DNA from: a virus
Taxonomy: Duplodnaviria; Caudoviricetes
Direction: 5' to 3' (one strand)
DNA: 64,000 bases
IMG/VR virus record: IMGVR_UViG_3300012200_000001
Span: 1 to 64,000 of that record
Shown: one piece after another, positions 61,501-64,000 of the stretch
How the letters are laid out: every line of letters begins with the position of its first letter
Numbering within the stretch: position 1 is the stretch's first letter
Notes under the pieces: generated by a model
Database searches by the model: none
Told to the model about the DNA's origin: nothing
What the model saw: only the letters and a program-made list of their open reading frames with translations
Position numbers and translations under genes: made by a program

Positions 61501-64000
61501 TCTGCACGATACACAACGCCTCAGCCTCAGCTCGCATATTCTATGATGTGCAGAAGCGCGAAGTTAGGGTTGATCCCGGTTGTGTGCGCTACGCCGACAT
61601 CGATGAGGGCACCTACGTAAGTCTTCGAGCCCGTAGTGATCTTATCGTGAAAGGGGCTTCATTCGCGAAGCATGCGCCGCCGGAGCCGCCACCCGCAGCG
61701 CTGCCGATCACTCAAAAATCTCCGGTCGTCATTACTGGGCACTTCGGGATTGGAGACAACCTACATCAGCGCGCGGTGATACGCGAATTGATGCCGACGC
61801 ATGATGTGTGGCTGCACACGTGCCATTTCAATTTGTATCACGACTTAATCGCACAAGGCCTGAAGCTGGTCATGCGGGCGACCGGACTGCACGCGCAGGC
61901 GAAAACCGTCGCGCGCGAGCAGCAGCAGTTTGCGGACGCTAAGTTTCCGGCACCGCCGCGAACCGCGCGCCAGTTGAAGATCGGCTATCCCAAGGTGTTG
62001 ATCGATCAGCACGGCTCAATCCTAGAGGCGATGTTCGGCTGCGTCGGTCTCAAGATGCCGGAGCGCCCTGACTTCAGTTTGCCTATCAAACCAGAGTGGC
62101 GTTGCGCGATTCGCGAGGCGATCAGCAAATGGAATGTTGGTGGCAAGCCATTGATGGTGCATCGGCCGATTGTCGTTCGCGGGGAGTGGGATGGTAAGTC
62201 ACGCAATCCAGACCCGGTTGCTTACAATGAGCTGTATCGATCACTGCGGGACAGGTTCTTCGTGGTGAGCATCGCGGACCTACAGACGGGGCGGGAATGG
62301 ATCGACGGGCCACGGCAGAACGTAGACATCGAACTGCATAAGGGGGAGCTGTCTTTCGAGGAGATGGCGGCGCTGTTTTCCGAAGCAAGTATGGTATTCT
62401 GCAACGCGGGCTTCGCTCCGGTGCTGGCGCAGGCAGTAGGCACTCCTGTTGTCGTAGTGTACGGCGGACGAGAGAGCTTCCGCACCACCCAGCGCGTTGG
62501 CGCGCACCTTGCTCCCACGCTGCCGATTGATGTCATCAACCCCTGCGATTGCCATAGCGCGAAGCATTCGTGCAACAAGCGCATCGATCTCCCGATAGCG
62601 CAGCAACGCCTGCAGCAGTTTCTGGAACAGCGCAGAAGCACGCTTCTCTTCGGCACGTTCTATGTCGATAGCCCGGATCGGGATGCTCTGACGGATCTAT
62701 GGAAGCGGCTGCACCTGGCGCTCAATGACGACTGCGATGTTCTCGCGGTCGACTCGCATTCACCGATCAAAAAGTTCGAGGACTGGCCACCTTATGATGG
62801 CAAGCGACACCGCCGCATGTATTTCAGCTTCCCGGATAACATTGGCCATCTCAGTAGGCCAAAGGTTACTCTCGGCCGGGACGGATGGGGACGCGCCTTC
62901 TGCAAGGGGCTCGAGGTTGCGTGCGAACTCGGTTATGAGTACGTCGCGCACATCGAAGGCGACAGCTTGTTTCGCCTCTGCGTGTCAGATGTGGTCAAGC
63001 AGATGAAGACAGAGGGCATCGACTGTGCCTCAACTAATGTGCATGGGTTGAGAACGCCCGGATTAGACAAGCAATGGATCGAGACAGGCTTGCTGTTTTT
63101 CTCGACCGATTATCTGCGGCGCAGCAGATTCATCGAACGCTATAACTGGCCCGAGCGTCAAGCATCTCCAACGCCGGAGCGCTACATTCGATTGACGATT
63201 TTGGAGAAGGACCTTGACGATAAACAATTGCGGATCATGCCGTGGAAGGCGCTGCGCGCCGACAAGAACCAGATTACCAAAGACAATGTGTCGTCGTTGA
63301 ATCTCGATTGGATCACGCATCAGCATGACAGCGCGCAGCAGGATGTCTACAGCAAATTCGTTGACATGGCTCTGAAGGCGGTGCGGCTGGATGGATCAAC
63401 ATCCGGGGAACTGGCGGGGACGACTGACAGCGTCCCCCGCATCGTCGTCCCCAGACTGAAGCTCAACCTCGGCTGCGGAACTAACAAGCTCGCGGGCTGG
63501 GACAATCATGATGCTGACGTGGACATCACCCGGCGGCTACCGTGGGCCAATGACAGCGCCAGCCATATCTTCATCGAGCACTGCGTCGAGCATGTGCCGT
63601 ACAAAGCGGCCATCGAGTTTTTCAAAGAGGCGCACCGCGTGCTCGCCCCTGGCGGCGTGCTGCGCGTCACGGTTCCTTCGCTAGAGCAAATCGCCTGCTG
63701 CGATGATGCTGACTATCACCGTTTCACTACCAAGTGGCAGTCGTTCGGTTCGAATAAGCGCGGCGCAATGCATGCCATCATCTACGCGCATGGTCATGAG
63801 ATGGTCTGGAATGCGCAGCTCCTCAGAGACACGCTCTACTTCGCGGCCTTCGATGATGTCCGCCTCTGTAAGCTGGGTGAATCGGATGATCCAGTGCTGC
63901 GAGGCGTTGAAGGGCATGGCAGGATTATCGGAGAAAAATTCAACCGCATTGAATCATGCTCAGTCGAGGCGCGCAAGAGCGGTCACTTGGCAGAAGCGAC
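61497..64000 (+). CDS. Multidomain glycan-synthesis enzyme (partial, runs off window): post-capsid-like domain + GT9-like + GT-A-like + methyltransferase
   Basis: Manually translated open frame of over 830 codons with no stop; G.FGIGD.L..R, L.F.E.AAL...A..V......LAQAVGTP...YG, HIEGDS, LNLGCG...EHC.EH...E..RVL.PGG.LR..VP. Confidence 0.85.
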   Translation, partial: MICTIHNASASARIFYDVQKREVRVDPGCVRYADIDEGTYVSLRARSDLIVKGASFAKHAPPEPPPAALPITQKSPVVITGHFGIGDNLHQRAVIRELMPTHDVWLHTCHFNLYHDLIAQGLKLVMRATGLHAQAKTVAREQQQFADAKFPAPPRTARQLKIGYPKVLIDQHGSILEAMFGCVGLKMPERPDFSLPIKPEWRCAIREAISKWNVGGKPLMVHRPIVVRGEWDGKSRNPDPVAYNELYRSLRDRFFVVSIADLQTGREWIDGPRQNVDIELHKGELSFEEMAALFSEASMVFCNAGFAPVLAQAVGTPVVVVYGGRESFRTTQRVGAHLAPTLPIDVINPCDCHSAKHSCNKRIDLPIAQQRLQQFLEQRRSTLLFGTFYVDSPDRDALTDLWKRLHLALNDDCDVLAVDSHSPIKKFEDWPPYDGKRHRRMYFSFPDNIGHLSRPKVTLGRDGWGRAFCKGLEVACELGYEYVAHIEGDSLFRLCVSDVVKQMKTEGIDCASTNVHGLRTPGLDKQWIETGLLFFSTDYLRRSRFIERYNWPERQASPTPERYIRLTILEKDLDDKQLRIMPWKALRADKNQITKDNVSSLNLDWITHQHDSAQQDVYSKFVDMALKAVRLDGSTSGELAGTTDSVPRIVVPRLKLNLGCGTNKLAGWDNHDADVDITRRLPWANDSASHIFIEHCVEHVPYKAAIEFFKEAHRVLAPGGVLRVTVPSLEQIACCDDADYHRFTTKWQSFGSNKRGAMHAIIYAHGHEMVWNAQLLRDTLYFAAFDDVRLCKLGESDDPVLRGVEGHGRIIGEKFNRIESCSVEARKSGHLAEA

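Noticed and set aside
1-64000. Stop-codon reassignment or alternative genetic code
   Set aside because: Core genes are full length in the standard code, and TAA, TAG and TGA all end genes
1-64000. Integrase, att site, tRNA, rRNA or IS element
   Set aside because: No recognisable motifs seen by eye; lifestyle cannot be decided from this window, and tRNAscan would be needed to exclude tRNAs

Overview
A 64-kb segment of a tailed dsDNA phage (or prophage) with a long non-contractile tail: tape measure and tail tube are present, no sheath is seen. The host is probably an alphaproteobacterium (Hyphomicrobiales-like), inferred from protein style only. Layout: end of a replication module (1-1505, +); a leftward early/accessory operon of about 20 small genes including DUF932, with two sigma70-like promoters and a repeated extended Shine-Dalgarno motif (1520-8507, -); an RHH regulator and small genes; TerS/TerL (11.6-14.8 kb); about 10.5 kb of accessory and lysis genes between terL and portal (moron, SAM methyltransferase, Acb2/Tad1-like protein, amidase endolysin, holin, split FecR-like pair); a DUF1073/MuF/DUF2213/DUF2184 head module whose MuF, extra polyvalent and protease genes carry many motif-delimited cargo domains (JAB, ART, HhH-like, ChaB, ParB-like); neck and tail genes with two paralogous lectin-like appendage modules and an embedded GT2; and a final ORF missing from the supplied track (61497 to beyond 64000) that fuses a domain shared with the post-capsid gene to GT9-like, GT-A-like and methyltransferase domains. 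No integrase, tRNA, rRNA or CRISPR array was recognised. All family calls come from motif recognition by eye; no database search was run.
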